Below the pieces are notes generated by a model, which saw only the letters and a program-made list of their open reading frames with translations, was not told the origin of the DNA and ran no database searches. A program made the position numbers and the translations under genes. A stretch of 64,000 nucleotides of DNA from Blasia pusilla (lineage: Eukaryota): contig CM114271.1 of NCBI GenBank assembly GCA_050084515.1, forward strand, positions 43,400,001 through 43,464,000, read 5' to 3'. Position 1 is the stretch's first letter. Every line of letters begins with the position of its first letter. Shown piece by piece: positions 25,246 through 38,200 of this stretch.

Positions 25246-27069
25246 AAAATGTTGGCTATTTGCAATCATTGACTACTATCTTCGATGTTCTGCAGTCCAG
25301 AGACAGGCCAAACGGATCCGTTTGAATGAAGTCTTCACAAATTTTGATGACTTCGATTTCGCATTGGATTGTTGGTGCTCCTTGAATTCTAGAGCAAAGA
25401 GTTGCCCACGGATGAAGAAATGGTATCGACTTCGCACTTGTAGATATGGTGCTAACATAAAAGGGAAAGGTCCGCCAGAAGAAATGGAGCCAAAGTCCTG
25501 CTCTAGCAAGGAACCTTTTCAAGAAGATGTTGAGAATCCCGTTGGTGAGGAATGGATGAGACACCTGAAATTTCAAGTGGATACCCCTTTAAGAGACATT
25601 ACTGGTCCCATAGACGCAAGGTTTAACAAGCAACGGGGTGTACTTGGTAGTCTTGAATTGGATTGGGCAGAAGGAAATAGCCGCCAACGTTTACCTTCAA
25701 CGTGTGGTGTAACCGCTGGAGCCCCCTTGGCGGCTACGAACATGTTTTTGGTTGGAGTTTCCACATGGCCTCCTAAAGATACGACAAACATGGAGGCCCA
25801 CTTTACAATAACCCCTACAAAGCAGGGTGAACCGAATATGCCAAATGTGACTACAGGTTTATTGTCCCCTTTGGCTCATAGTTGCTCAGCGGCTATTAGC
25901 AATATTGACCAGGCTAGTGGGGAGTCGATGTTAAATGTATGGATGGAAAGGGAAAGCATTCACGACCCCAGAATTCACAAACAATCGGCTGGGATGGGAC
26001 CAGCATGACGTCCACAACATAGTAAGCGACCTAACCAACCCGTTTTCAAAAATACATTCACTGAAGTAGTAGCACCCTTGATAGAGCCCATGCAGAGAAG
26101 AAGAAAGCGCGGTGAAACATCAAACGATAAAACAACACTTGGGATTGCTCGGAATGGTGTATGTGGAGAGTTTTGAGGTACATGTGTGTGCCAAATGACA
26201 AGGTGCGTCCCTCTTGTTAATGGAGAGTAAGATGCCAACGACATAAGAATGGTGGCGGTTACCAGATAACTGTATGCAACCTGAAGCACACATGCCCGGG
26301 ACACATTCACATATGGAGAGGTCCTACTCATAAAGCAAAGTGGTTGGCAATGGTTATGGCAGATAGGGTTGAGAATCAACCCAACATTCCTGTGGGCAGA
26401 CTTGTAAATGTCCTAGCCCAAAATTATAAAAACAAACAACATACTTTCCCGCATGGAGATGCAAGGAAATATGTCGAGATTGGATGAATGGCGGCGAACG
26501 GGCAAGTTTCCACATGATCCCTGCTTTCATTGACTGTGTGAAGGAAGCTGATCCTCTTGCAACGGCTGCATGGGATGTTTGGGACTCACAATCCGCGAGG
26601 TTCAAACGATTATTTATCTGTCCTTCAGCTATGAAATCCGTTATACCTTTTGTGCAGAAGGTAATCGGGTTGGATGCATGTCATACAAAGAACAAGAAAT
26701 ATCCACTCCAGATTTTCATAGCATCAATGTTGGATGGAAACTCGAACACAATAATTGTAACCTATGGTATTTGCCCTCGTGAAAGCAATGAGGATTGGGA
26801 ATGGTTTTGTTCATATTTGAAGAAGGCTATTCCTACCTTCGACGATCCAAATATAGTAATCGTGTCAGATAGGCAGAAGGGTCTATTACATGCTATTCAT
26901 GCATTTTTCCCATATAATATTCATAGCATGTGTGGCCAACACCTGAGAGCAAATGTGAAGTCACGTTATGGAAAATTGGCGGAGGAGTATTTCATCTGCT
27001 GCCTTTATGCAAGGACAAGGCAAAAGTAAGTATCCCCAGGCAAAAGCTTGGCAATATCATCCCCCCTTT

Positions 27070-27425
27070 CTAGCGACTATTTACAGTAGTTCTCATTCTT
27101 AGCATTGAATGTGTAAGTCGTTGGAGCATTCCCTTGGCATCTCAATTACCTTTTCTGGCGGTTATTTACAGTAAGTTTTGTGTTGGCGCCTAATTTGTAA
27201 GTCGGCGGAAGCATCAGTAGGCATATTTTCCTTTAAGTGACGATTATTTTTTACCTTTGTTGGCGGCTATTTACAGTAGGTTCTCTGTTGGCGCTTAATT
27301 TTTTAGTTGGCGGAACCATCAGTTGGGATATTTTCCTTTAAGCGACAATTTTTTTTTACCTTCCTTGGAGGCTATGTACTGTAGGTTCTCTGTTGGCGCT
27401 TAACTTGTAAGTCGGCGGCTATTTT
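27070..27425. repeat. diverged ~105-bp tandem repeat x ~4 in the transposase intron
   Basis: GGCGGYTATTTACAGTA..GTTGGCGC.TAA..TGTAAGTCGGCGG-like units at about 27072, 27157, 27262 and 27367. Confidence 0.7.
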
Positions 27426-30400
27426 CCCCACATATTAAGCAATTTCATACGGATGTACAGGTTTGAATTTTGGCTGTCAGAGATGGAGAGACATCATATT
27501 CAGAAGATAAGCGATGCAGCAGCTTATATTCGAGAAATCGAACCCGAAAAGTTTGCAAGGTGTGCATTTCCATTGCCTCGATATGACAAAGTAACTTCGA
27601 ATTTGGTGGAGGTTATAAATTCTGCGATCAAGCCTATCAGAGAAAGTCCTCCTTTGGGCATTGCACGTGGCATTTGGAATTATATGATGAAGACTTATGC
27701 TGAGAGGAAGTTAGAAGCGTTCCATCCTGACAAATTCAAGACAAAATTGACGACATATGCCTTACTTCGATATCAGTAGAATGAGAATACTTGTCAAGCG
27801 TTCCAAGTCATCGCCTGTGATGAAGCAAATGCGTTGGTTGTGTCAAGAACCTCAAGGCACGAATTTCATGTTCAATTGAGTCCCAAGTGCCAATGCTCTT
27901 GCCTTGAATTTCAAGACACACGTTGGCCTTGCACTCATGTTATGGCGTGGGATGTGTTCACTGGAATGGATTCAGAGCAACTGTTTGATCCAACGTGGAC
28001 AAACAATTTTATCCATCGTGTTTATACAAGTAGCATACCAGTTGTGAAATGTGATGATCTATTACCATCTTGGGAGTGTCGGCCCCCTCCTCCTGTAGTT
28101 TGACGCGGACGACATCGTGTTTTGCGCATTCCAAGCAATGGCCGTGCCAGGTCTCAACGTGATGAGCAGGTTGAGGAGCTTTCTTATCCAATCCACGACT
28201 ACCCAGCAAGTGGAGAGATATACATCAAAGGAGACCATGAACCCACATTACCGAGAAGAGGGCCATACTTATGTGTGGGGGGCCGAAGGTGCACACATAG
28301 TTTAGGAGAAGGCCACAACTGAAAGACGTGTGAAGTTCTGAAAGCAGACATAGCTGCTGGTAGACCAATATGCACCATGAGTCAGACGCAAAGAACTCAC
28401 CGTGGGCTTGGGGCTAATACTACTCCTCTATCGGCGGATAATAGTGTTGTTAATCTTGAGGCTCTTGAGAGCCGTGGCCAAGATGTGAGTGCTCATCAGA
28501 TGTTGGATATATCAGCAACCAATCAACTCTTTGTGGATGTAACCACAACCCATGTGCATGAAGGTGGGGAGGTCGGGAGTAGTGGTGGTGGTTACACAGC
28601 TGAAAGTATTGCTACCCTCGATGCAATTGGTATTGGGCTTGTTAAGGGAGAAGATATTGGCTCCCAATCAGAAGAAGTGGAAGGGAACGAGAGGTGGGCA
28701 GGCAATTCACAAGTGTGCAATAATATTTTCCTTGGCAAGCAGAGAGACAATACTTCAACATTCCCAGGTGTGAAAGAAGTGTATGGCTTATCTGATGAAG
28801 ACATCGAAGAACCCATTGAAAACGTGCACGCTCTATCAATCCCAAGTTTAGACATGAATTGGCATGTAGATACAGATGATGATTGGAGTCCTTTGGAGGA
28901 AGCGTTGTTCATTTCTTTAGCGAAGGAAGCTGCCAAAGAATGTAAGGTGTAGTAGAAGTTTTAGGAGGGGCTGGACATTGTAAGAAGAAAATTTTGGAAT
29001 GAAATCCTTTGTGGTAACTCTTTCATCGCATTCCGTTGGCTAAATTTCACCCTTGGCGCCCATGTAGGCCCTTATTTTTCATGTCGGCGGCTATTCTCAT
29101 CGGCTGAAGAGACGTTGGAATTCCTTAAAGTAAGTGCCAATTGTCAAGAACCATGGTTCCAAACATTATGTGTGCGGTCTATTTTAATATGTACCAAGCA
29201 CAGGGCGTTTAGGGCCCGCATTGAATAGCCGCCGCACCTTCTATCGCACCCTAAGAAGCCGCAGGATAAGAAAGAGGGTATTGGAAATACATTAGTTTCT
29301 ATGGGGAGCTTTTCTTCACTCTTAGTTGCATGAAATAGCCGCACCTCGTAAGCGCAGTCAAATGGAGACACAGGATATAGCTACCAAACTTGAGCGGTGT
29401 GGCTAGTAGGCCCAAGGCAAGGCTAGACGCAGGAAAGGGACTCCCTCTCCGGAGGTTCTGAAGCCTGCCAAGTTAAAATCAAATTGTAGTGAGTTTTTTT
29501 CATTGGATACTTGGCTTAAAGAGCACTTCTTGGTATCGGCAAATAAAAGTGAGTGTTACATAAAGTCCTCGGCTTCTGAAAGCTTCTTCTTGGTACCGGC
29601 TCTTAAAAACTTCTTGGCATCGACTGTTAAAAACAACTTCTTGGTATCGGCGAATAAGCCCAATAGTGTTCTTTGTAGTAAGATTTATTTAACGGTGTTC
29701 AAAGTTGGAGGTAGTTGGGGATTTCTATTTTTTAATGGGTGGAGGTCGCTTTGAGTATGGGCGGGCTTGGTGAAGGAGTAAGCGCCCAACTTAACACTGA
29801 CATAGTGTGAATCTAGCTACTAGGGTATAGGCGAAGGAAGAAACTCCCGAGGTAGGGAGGGGGCGGTCAACTTAAATGGAATCGACAAGACTAGAGTGAG
29901 TAACGGCGAATAAGTTTAGTGACTCCGGCGGAAATATCATGACTGGATATAGTCTTGGAAGTCTCTGAAGAAATTCATCTTCCGTCGAGTAAGTAACTTC
30001 ACAATAGCTTTTCAAGTTAGAATTGGCTCCCCCTGGATAATTATTTTCTTTTTTAAGAACAGAAAGGCTACAAATAAGAATAAGCGTTAGGGTTCTTCCA
30101 AGAAGCAAGACAATAAGCGCCAATTTCATGCGCATGATTTTAGGCCCCGTAACTTCTTGGCGACTAAAATCTGTGTTACTCTGCGCTTATACTACTTCAA
30201 TAACTTTATGGCAAATAAAATCTGCATTTCTTTGCGCTTATACTAGCTCAAAGCTAACGTAGTCGCTTGTTTTTCTGAGAAGTATTTTAGAATTTTTCAA
30301 GTTGTCGCCTACCCATGAGCCGCTCCTAAGTTTAATGTGGGCACCTAAGTCCGAACGGGCGTCAAAGGAAGGCGCAGGACATCCACCTAGCTGTGGCTAA

Positions 30401-31045
30401 GTCTGAGTCTAAGTGGATGTCCAAGTTGTGGCGCTAGAGAAATCTGTCACGAATAGGGATGTAACATTGCGGCTAAGTCTAAGTGGGCGTCCAAGTTGTG
30501 GCGCTAGAGAACTCTGTCACGTTTGCAATTTCTGTGGAGTGGACATTAAGTTTAGGCGATTAGGGAAATGTGTGTTTCCAAGACTGTACTTCGTCGGAGC
30601 GATTTTTTAGGTTTTCCTTGGATACGGCTATTCACGTCAAGGAAATCTAGAGCTTGAATTTCCGAACAGATGCAGCTTGAAATCTCGTGCGGATTCAATG
30701 ACCTGCAGCGATCGCAGGTGCGAGTTAGAGTTTCCGCATTCGGGCCAGAATCAATTCAAGCTGACTGTCAAGTGGATGAGGTGCTTGCGATGAGTGTGTG
30801 CCTAATTTGAGGCCCGCTGAGAGCTGTGAAAGTCTTGACAGGTTTCTACGATTGTATCCGGTTTTATGGTACGCATGGAATCTCCGCCGAGTGTTAGAGA
30901 GATCTTGTGGGAACGATTGCCACCATTTCTTGCATGAATGGGAGTCTTAGACCATCGGAATGGAGATGTGGAACCCGAGAGGTAGCGGTGGCCATGACAC
31001 CTTGTCCCTCCAATCCCCAGATTTGAGGATGTAATCTTTAGGGTT

Positions 31046-31582
31046 TCAGTGCACCGCGGGAAGTTTGTGGTCGTCGTCCGGAAGCTCTGCAGCCAGAACG
31101 AAGGAGCAGAGAGGGAGCTAATCAAAAGACGCGCGGTATGGAGAAGTGAAACCCGAGTAGTATTGGCCGTGGCGAATGATCTTGCAAGTAGCAGACGTGA
31201 GAACATAATCGTGCATTCGATTTGGATCCTCATTCCCAGTTGTCCGTGGTAGTGCTCGGGGGTTGCAGTGCACCGCAATTGGATCTTGATTCCAGATTAT
31301 TAGTGCCAGTGCTTTGGATTTCAGTGCACCGCGGGAAGTTTATCGTTGTCTTCCGAAAGCTCTGCAGCCAGAACGAAGGAGCAGAGAGAGAGCTAATCGA
31401 AAGACGCGTGGTATGGAGAAGTGAAACCCAAGTAGTATCGGCCGTGGCGAATGATCCTGCAATCAGCACACGTGAGAACATAATTGTGAAACTTTTCGAT
31501 TTGGATCCTCATTCCAGTTGTCCGTGGTAGTGCTCAGGGGTTGCAGTGCACCGCGGGAAGTTTGTCTTTGTTGTCCGAAAGC
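31046..31582. repeat. internal MULE repeat, 2.3 copies of a ~220-275-bp unit
   Basis: CAGTGCACCGCGGGAAGTTT at about 31047, 31322 and 31544, with long shared downstream sequence. Confidence 0.85.
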
Positions 31583-31746
31583 TGGACCGCCTGAAAGAGA
31601 GAAATCATTTTGGAAATTTTCACGACGGAAGGTATGAAGTCTCCCTGGACGTTTCACGCGCTTGCTGCGTGCAAATTTTGCAAGTGATTGTTGGAAGCAT
31701 TGCTCGTTTAGAGAAGAACTACTGTTGTGCGAAATTAGGTGCTCGT

Positions 31747-32563
31747 TCAATCCCATTTAGATCCAACCTCCAAGAATTTAAGGAATTTGTTCTTCAATTC
31801 CTCTGCCTCCTTGCAATAGAGAGCTCTGAAAACAAATGCGGAGCGATGAATGATCGGGAAATCTTGGAAATGGTCTACATTGTTACTTGAACTTACCATG
31901 TCTAATCCGTTCATGGAGTAATTCACTAGATCACAGAGGGAAGAGGCAGCTGCTTCAAACCCAACAACGTGGCATGTCGAGTTTGGTACAGGCATTTCAA
32001 AGACTAAAGGAGGAAGAAAGACCAAGATCCACATTCTGATAGTAACTCGAGCTCCTACTCCAATGAATCTATATGTTCTCAAAATGACTTAAGTACATCA
32101 ATATCATAAGAACTGAAGAAGGATTTGCCAGAGTGAGTCTCTCCTGTTTGTGAATCTGAGAGAGGGTCATGCCTGACTCGAGCTATAAGCCAGCTAGTAG
32201 CAGATGTGTCTGTACTGGATGCATAAACAGTGGCACTTTTTCTTCTCCAGCCTTTGCAGGTGTCAACTCTTCCCACAAGAAATCTGATCAGTGCCATCTG
32301 TTCTATTCCTGGTACCATGTAGTACAATCACAACAGCTACAAGAGAAAACACACGTTTTCTGCAATTTCTGGCAGCGGGGTTCATTGTGAAGAAATTTGT
32401 CCCAAAACCTGTACCTGGTGGCCAAGAATATCAACTTGATTATGGCAGGCAATGTCAGGAGCTTTGAGATGACCTCTAATCTTGACCTCTTAATTCTTAT
32501 GAAATCTACACACCGTGTTTGGACGTTGCTATATCGTAAACGACCGAATGTAACTAAATCCAT
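31747..32563 (-). pseudogene. MULE accessory gene of unknown function, frameshifted
   Basis: Three abutting minus-strand ORFs (32303-32563, 32079-32327, 31747-32082). Restoring one T at ~32082 gives ..VLKSFLRTYRFIG... No recognised domain. Confidence 0.4.
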
Positions 32564-32748
32564 AAGCCTCCCAACACACTCATTAACACTCCTCTCACCC
32601 CCTTCACAGTCTGCCTCTATATAGCCACCCAGTGTATATAGCCGCCAACTCTATATAGCCGCCGCGTTTCAGTGAGTCATTGTCTGTTGCATATGTAGGT
32701 GTCATTCTGAAAGTATGTTGTTTGAATATGCACCCAGGAAAAGAAACC

Positions 32749-35700
32749 ATGGCAGAAGAATACCCGCTGTAGGAAGTCCATTACAGAACTGATTTTGCAA
32801 GAATTGAGCAGAATGTAGATGAGGATAAGCTTTTGCTGATGGGAATTCAAGGTATCTGGAATGTATCGTGGGTTGAATGTGACAAGGATATGGTAGTGTA
32901 TTTCTTAAGCATCTTCAACCCAATTACATCAGAGGGATTGGTTAGAAAAAGATATCCAGAAAATTTACACGAGTATGCGTTAGTACTGTCCCCCGAATTG
33001 ATCGCGAAGGCATTCCAATTTTTAAATATTGGCACATATTTGTCAATGGAGAGACAACACACCGAACAAGAGGAGCCAACCCTCTATCAGAAATATCTCA
33101 CAAAAATTGAGAAGACAAGTCATGGGTACAAACACTGCTATCTTGTACCCCAATCCTTTCGTCTTATTTTGACACAGTTAAATCGATGCTTTCACATGAA
33201 AGCCAATCCGGAGTGTGTGCCTGCTAGCATGCTTTCCATGGCATGTCGGGCTTGGGAGGGAAAATCGACTGATTGGGCAACATATGTCTATCGAAAACTT
33301 ATGCTCGACATAAAGGCAGTTCTCCGACCAAGAGTGAAGAAGGAGAAATAGAGAGAGAGCGCAGTGGGAGTGATTTTGACAATTATTTTCAACCATGGAG
33401 ATTTACCTCCGGACTCTGTCACTGTTGCCATGGCTACACTTGTCTCTCCTCCGCTTCAGATTCAAGAGGATGCGGCTGATGGCACCCTTGCTGAATCATC
33501 CCAACATATTGATGGAGGAAAGGTGGTTGGAAGGCCCCGGATAGCTGCGGAAAACAAAGTTGGAAAAGCTAAAGCTAAACAGAAAGCAACTGATGACGAC
33601 AAGAGTGGCCGCCTCTTAATTAAATTGAAGATACCAGAAAGAAGAAGAAGGCCAAAAACAATACCAGAGCCTGATGAAGAAGATAAATCACAAGGTAATT
33701 CCGACTTTGTGGCTCCTCCCCGAAAAGCAAGGAGAAAGATAAAAGCGCACAAAGACGATGATGCGTCGGCGAATGCTGAAAGTCCCTTTGTAAGTTTTTC
33801 CCACCAAAAAATTTTGCATTTAGTTTTTCAGCTTTAGTTTGGTTTTTTTCTTTAGTAATATGACATATGTATTCGGCTTTGCTTGTCTGCATAGGTTTCT
33901 GCAGTTGCGGCGAGTACTAAATTGCCGGAGGTAACCAAAGTGGGCAAGAAAAATCAACCCATTGTAACGTTCTTAACGCTTGCAAATGCTAAAAGTGAAG
34001 GTTGTTAAACATGGCGGTTAATAGATGCTATAGTCTCACAATTCTTTGTTGTGGTTCTGGATGTTATGTGGGACTCCTCCCCCTGTTTGTGTGTATGAAC
34101 CGCGCTCGGTTGTTCAAACATGTATTGGGATTTAGACGGATATTTTCCCTTCGATGTTGAAACCTTTCTTGTGCTTGTGGCGGATATTTTCATTTTCCTT
34201 CCACTTCTTTTCTGCAGGTAGTTGGTTCCCCTTGCTATTGAGACATTGGTTCTGGTTGTGCTTGCGGTTGTGGCGGATGTTTTCCATTTCATATGACTTC
34301 TTGTCTGGAAGTTGATGATTCCTCGACGGTTATACCATATGTACTTTATGTCGGCGGATAAATCCAATCCTGATTTGTACCTTGATGCTGGTTTGAGGTT
34401 AAATTCTTCTTGCTTCTTAATCTCTTATGTACGTTTGAGTTAATTCATATTCAACCTATGTGTAGGACAAAGGAGGACCTTCAAGGCCACGACACGCCAA
34501 ATTGGCTATTAGCCGCCTTGGAATTGCCACTTCGGAAGTGAAGGTGGAACCTTCTGAGCATGTAGAAATCGGTGTGCATCTAAGCGGGCTTTCTTTGAAG
34601 GCAGGGAAGGGATTTGAAAATGAAGCTGCTTCAGGATATGCTAGCGACATAGACAAGAGTCTATCTGGTGAGGATCATTTGGATGGGGGAAAGGAGATTG
34701 GCACACCTGGAGCTGCAATCCATCATGTGCTTCATCAAGTAAGAGAGGAGTTGAAGGCTGATGGGCAGAAAGATTCGGCTGGGAAAAATGGCATACACTT
34801 GGATGGCAATGAGGCACGTGGTGGCTTGTTGAAAGGAGTAAGTTCGTCCAAATCATCACCGTGTGTTCCGCTTTCACCTACACTAGACGATGGTGTTCAA
34901 AGTGGATCCAAGCATGATGTGGACAATTTGGAATGGCCTTCACAAGCGTTTGCAAGTCTTGGGATCTCAGAGTGGAATACACAAAGGTTGGCATGTTCAC
35001 AAGGTTGGGAAATTCCGTTAGAGTCAGATTGGGGAAATAGGGGAGGCTCCCTACATGGGAGAGCTTCAGGTGTGGAGCCACCGGAGAAAGAAAATGCCCC
35101 ATAACCAGAGGCAAGAAAGAAGGTGGCCCCAGCTCCAGAAGTAGAGGTACCAAGCAAACCATCGGTGGAAGTGGCCATGCTACCAATTGCCACCAAGTTC
35201 TCCGTGGACCGAGACTCCCAAAAAATTGAGAGCCACATTATTAATCGAGGTTCTCAAACGACAGATCAGATAACTATGGAAAGGGATGTCCAAACACTTG
35301 ATGTCGTGCTCATCACCCGAGGTTCTCAAACGAGCGAAATGCAATTGGTGACAAGATTGTGCCAAACCGAAATTGTGTTTACTATGGAGCAGCAGATATA
35401 GACAGATCCTTGCAAAGAACCAATACTGATCAGCCGAGATTGTCAATATGAGGTAGTACACGTGGTTAATCGCCATTGCCAAACTAATTTCAACCCTTCT
35501 GTGCAAAATGCATCTGCACAAACTGAAGGGCGTTACTTCTCCTACTATGACCAGCATGGGGAGATTCCTAAACGCAGGGCGCCCGTTCTAAGTGAAGAGT
35601 ACTGGTATTCCGGTGATGGCTTTGAACAAAATCCTGGATATGAATTTAGGTTGATTAGCTTGCGGACAAAGGCGGATTGTCAAGTACCTGGTGAGAAGGA

Positions 35701-36744
35701 GTTCCGCGAGAATCACCCTTGCAACGAACATTCATCAGGAGCGGATGAAGCGGGGAATGTTCCATCTGAGAAGCTACAGAGCATTGCAAGTGGAGGAGAC
35801 GACCCTAGTGCTCTACAAGGAAATGAGATGTCTGCTACAGTTCAATCCAAAGAAGAGCAAAAATTATCATCAAGAGAACAAATGGTAGTGGTTCCTTTAC
35901 TTACACTCCCAAACACGTTAATGCAAAGGCTCTTTAATTATTATCATAAAAGATAATTCAGCTTTCTTACTGTTGCTTATTGTGGCTAACCGCCGAAACA
36001 AACATTTAACCGCCAAGATACTTTCAGAGTTAGCCCTCTATCCGTTTACGTGTCATTGGGAAAGTTTACATACACACAAAACCACTCACACAAAACCACT
36101 CGAATTGTGATGGAATTTATCAACCGCTATAGAGGAATAGGCAAAACTATAAACATTCTCCCTCTAGACTGGCCTTAACCAAATGGAATTCTATGTATAT
36201 CCGCCGTGACAATTCTATCTCTCCAAAACTTTGTTATGTCTCATTTCAATTCCCATCCCATTAGCCACAATAAGATATTGTGGCGTCTAAATATTTTTAC
36301 TCATGTTGGTGTGTTGTTTCACAGGAAGAGAATGTGGACAGGACCGGGCCAGGGTCTCCTTTAGTAGACAGTGAATCAGTTTTTGATGAGAAAATTTTTG
36401 AGTTGTGTAGGTCTTATGTAGGGGTGAAGCCAGAGCACTCCAGGCATCTCCATTGCTGGGAGGACAAAATAGACCGAAAGGAGAAGTCAGCAGCCAGATT
36501 GGACAGGTACTTGGATGTGCTGGAAAAAAGACACATTGGCTTGATATGTGAGAGAGAGGAGCTATATGCTAACTTAGGCTTATCTGGATATGATTATGCA
36601 GCTTTATGGCTTGAAGCATTAGATAGAGTCACTGCCATGAAAGAGATTATAGTTCAAAATTCAAAATTCTTGAGTGAACTCCTGAGTAAGTTAGATATCT
36701 CCACAGATGAAGGAGTCATAGCTCGTCCCTCAAACAGGCTCTAA
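32749..36744 (+). pseudogene. MULE accessory multi-exon gene: PMD/plant-transposon-like N-terminal domain, long low-complexity middle, helical C-terminal exon
   Basis: ATG 32749 is in frame with ORFs 32833-33351 and 33364 across single TAG stops. Motif WEGKSTDWATYVYRKL. Plausible GT-AG introns near 33790, 33930-34465 and 35.9-36.3 kb. Final exon 36324-36744. Confidence 0.55.
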
Positions 36745-37169
36745 AGGAAGTAGACAGATTGCAAAAGCATGCTATGACTCCTCTAGAGTAGAAGCTCAAT
36801 GCAGATGTAGTAGTGACATTGTACACTCATGTGACTCCTTTGAATGAATAAATGTCCAAGTTTTGTTAGTATATGGCATATGAGTGTGGAACAAATATGA
36901 TATTCTTGCATCTCTAAATACCAAAAGTTTGGCATGTTTAAACTTTACAGAGTAGGTGTATATCTATTACCATATAGCCGCCATAACTTTTAGCCGCAAA
37001 AATTTTAACAGGGAAACTACGAAACCATTGTGCTTTATTACAGAAAGGCATGCACATTTACAATCACTAGGTATTAAGGGGACCCATTGGGCGTGGTTCA
37101 ACATCCGCTCCACCACGTAGTGCATCCTTTAAGCACATGATCAATGTACTAGCACCCACTTGGGAGGTA

Positions 37170-37934
37170 CTAACTTGAGTTTGAATCTTGAAGCTGGGTT
37201 TGAATGACGGCCATATTAGCCGCAATGTCTCCAAGATTCTTTTGCAAACCTTCAGCCTTTACTAAAATACTACTGAGGTGTGTAGTGAACTGCTGCTCAA
37301 CGCCATCAGTAAGTCGATGTTCTCTAAGGGAGGTGGTCACATCATCAACAGATCCAGCTCCTACTTTATCCGCCGGCTGAACATCTTGACTAACTTTCAC
37401 CACGAGTAGAAGCGACTTCCGGGTCGGGATGATCTTTCGAGTAGCAGTATGCACAATGCCTTCAAGAGCTCCTGCTCTATGCTCCAAAAGAAACATCCAG
37501 ATACCGCGCGCTTGCATTTGTACGTGAGAGATTTGGTTGTCGATACTCATCTTCTCAAAATCTACAGCAGACATACCCATAAAAGCATCTCCACCTTGCC
37601 AAACTATGAACTTTTGAACATTCTAAGGAATGTATTCAACCACATCATCATTTAAGCCCAAGAAAAACATCCACTTTGTCATTGATCCGTGCTCGCCACA
37701 TACGTGATCAATACAAGCCCGATTGCTGCTTCGTGGCTCGGTCGTCCTATTGCAGTTGCCCATTTCTCTACTTCCTCTAAAGACGCAAGCAGGGTAAGTA
37801 AAACGCCTTGCATCATTGGTTCCAACTTGCACAACAAAATCCTTCATCCATGTAGGAGGGAATGACATATTGGCTACCCTTTCTTGCTCCAATACACTCA
37901 ATTTCGACACGCCCATTCCTTGCCTTGGTAACAT
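37170..37934 (-). pseudogene. MULE accessory gene (~254 codons, one internal stop) with a degenerate C2H2-like Zn finger and C-terminal coiled coil, convergent with the transposase
   Basis: ORFs 37623-37934 and 37170-37580 are in the same frame, separated by one TAG. Motif FT(Y)PAC...CIDHVCGEH. It starts just inside the right TIR. Confidence 0.55.
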
Positions 37935-38200
37935 GCGTGAAAGCCTCTCTGATTCTTCAAAACCTCTCTGATTCTAACTACAATATTGCATCTGCACTTC
38001 TCTGTATTTAGCCGCCGATAGACACCCTTTGAAGTTTTCCCGCCTAAAATTACTATCCCGGCTAAACAAAATGCTTGCAACCACGATCCATAGTTCTTCC
38101 ATGCACACACGCAGCAGTGTACCTGGCGTGGTACCTAAGCGCTACGAGAATATAACAGGCCAAACCGGTGGAAACAATTTCAAATACCGGCACAAGCGGG

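Larger units (their letters stand above)
24557..28952 (+). pseudogene. MuDRA-type transposase, intron-containing, with several in-frame stops
   Basis: N-terminal Zn/DNA-binding motif YMC..SC*WRVRC..HTC (~26180-26300). MULE core GLDACH, ESNEDWEWF, IVSDRQKGL, CGQHLRAN. Intron ~27026-27461. TSNLVE and SWIM finger CSCLEFQDTRWPCTH. C-terminal C..GHN*KTC knuckle. Stops at about 26218, 27777, 28101 and 28320. Confidence 0.88.
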
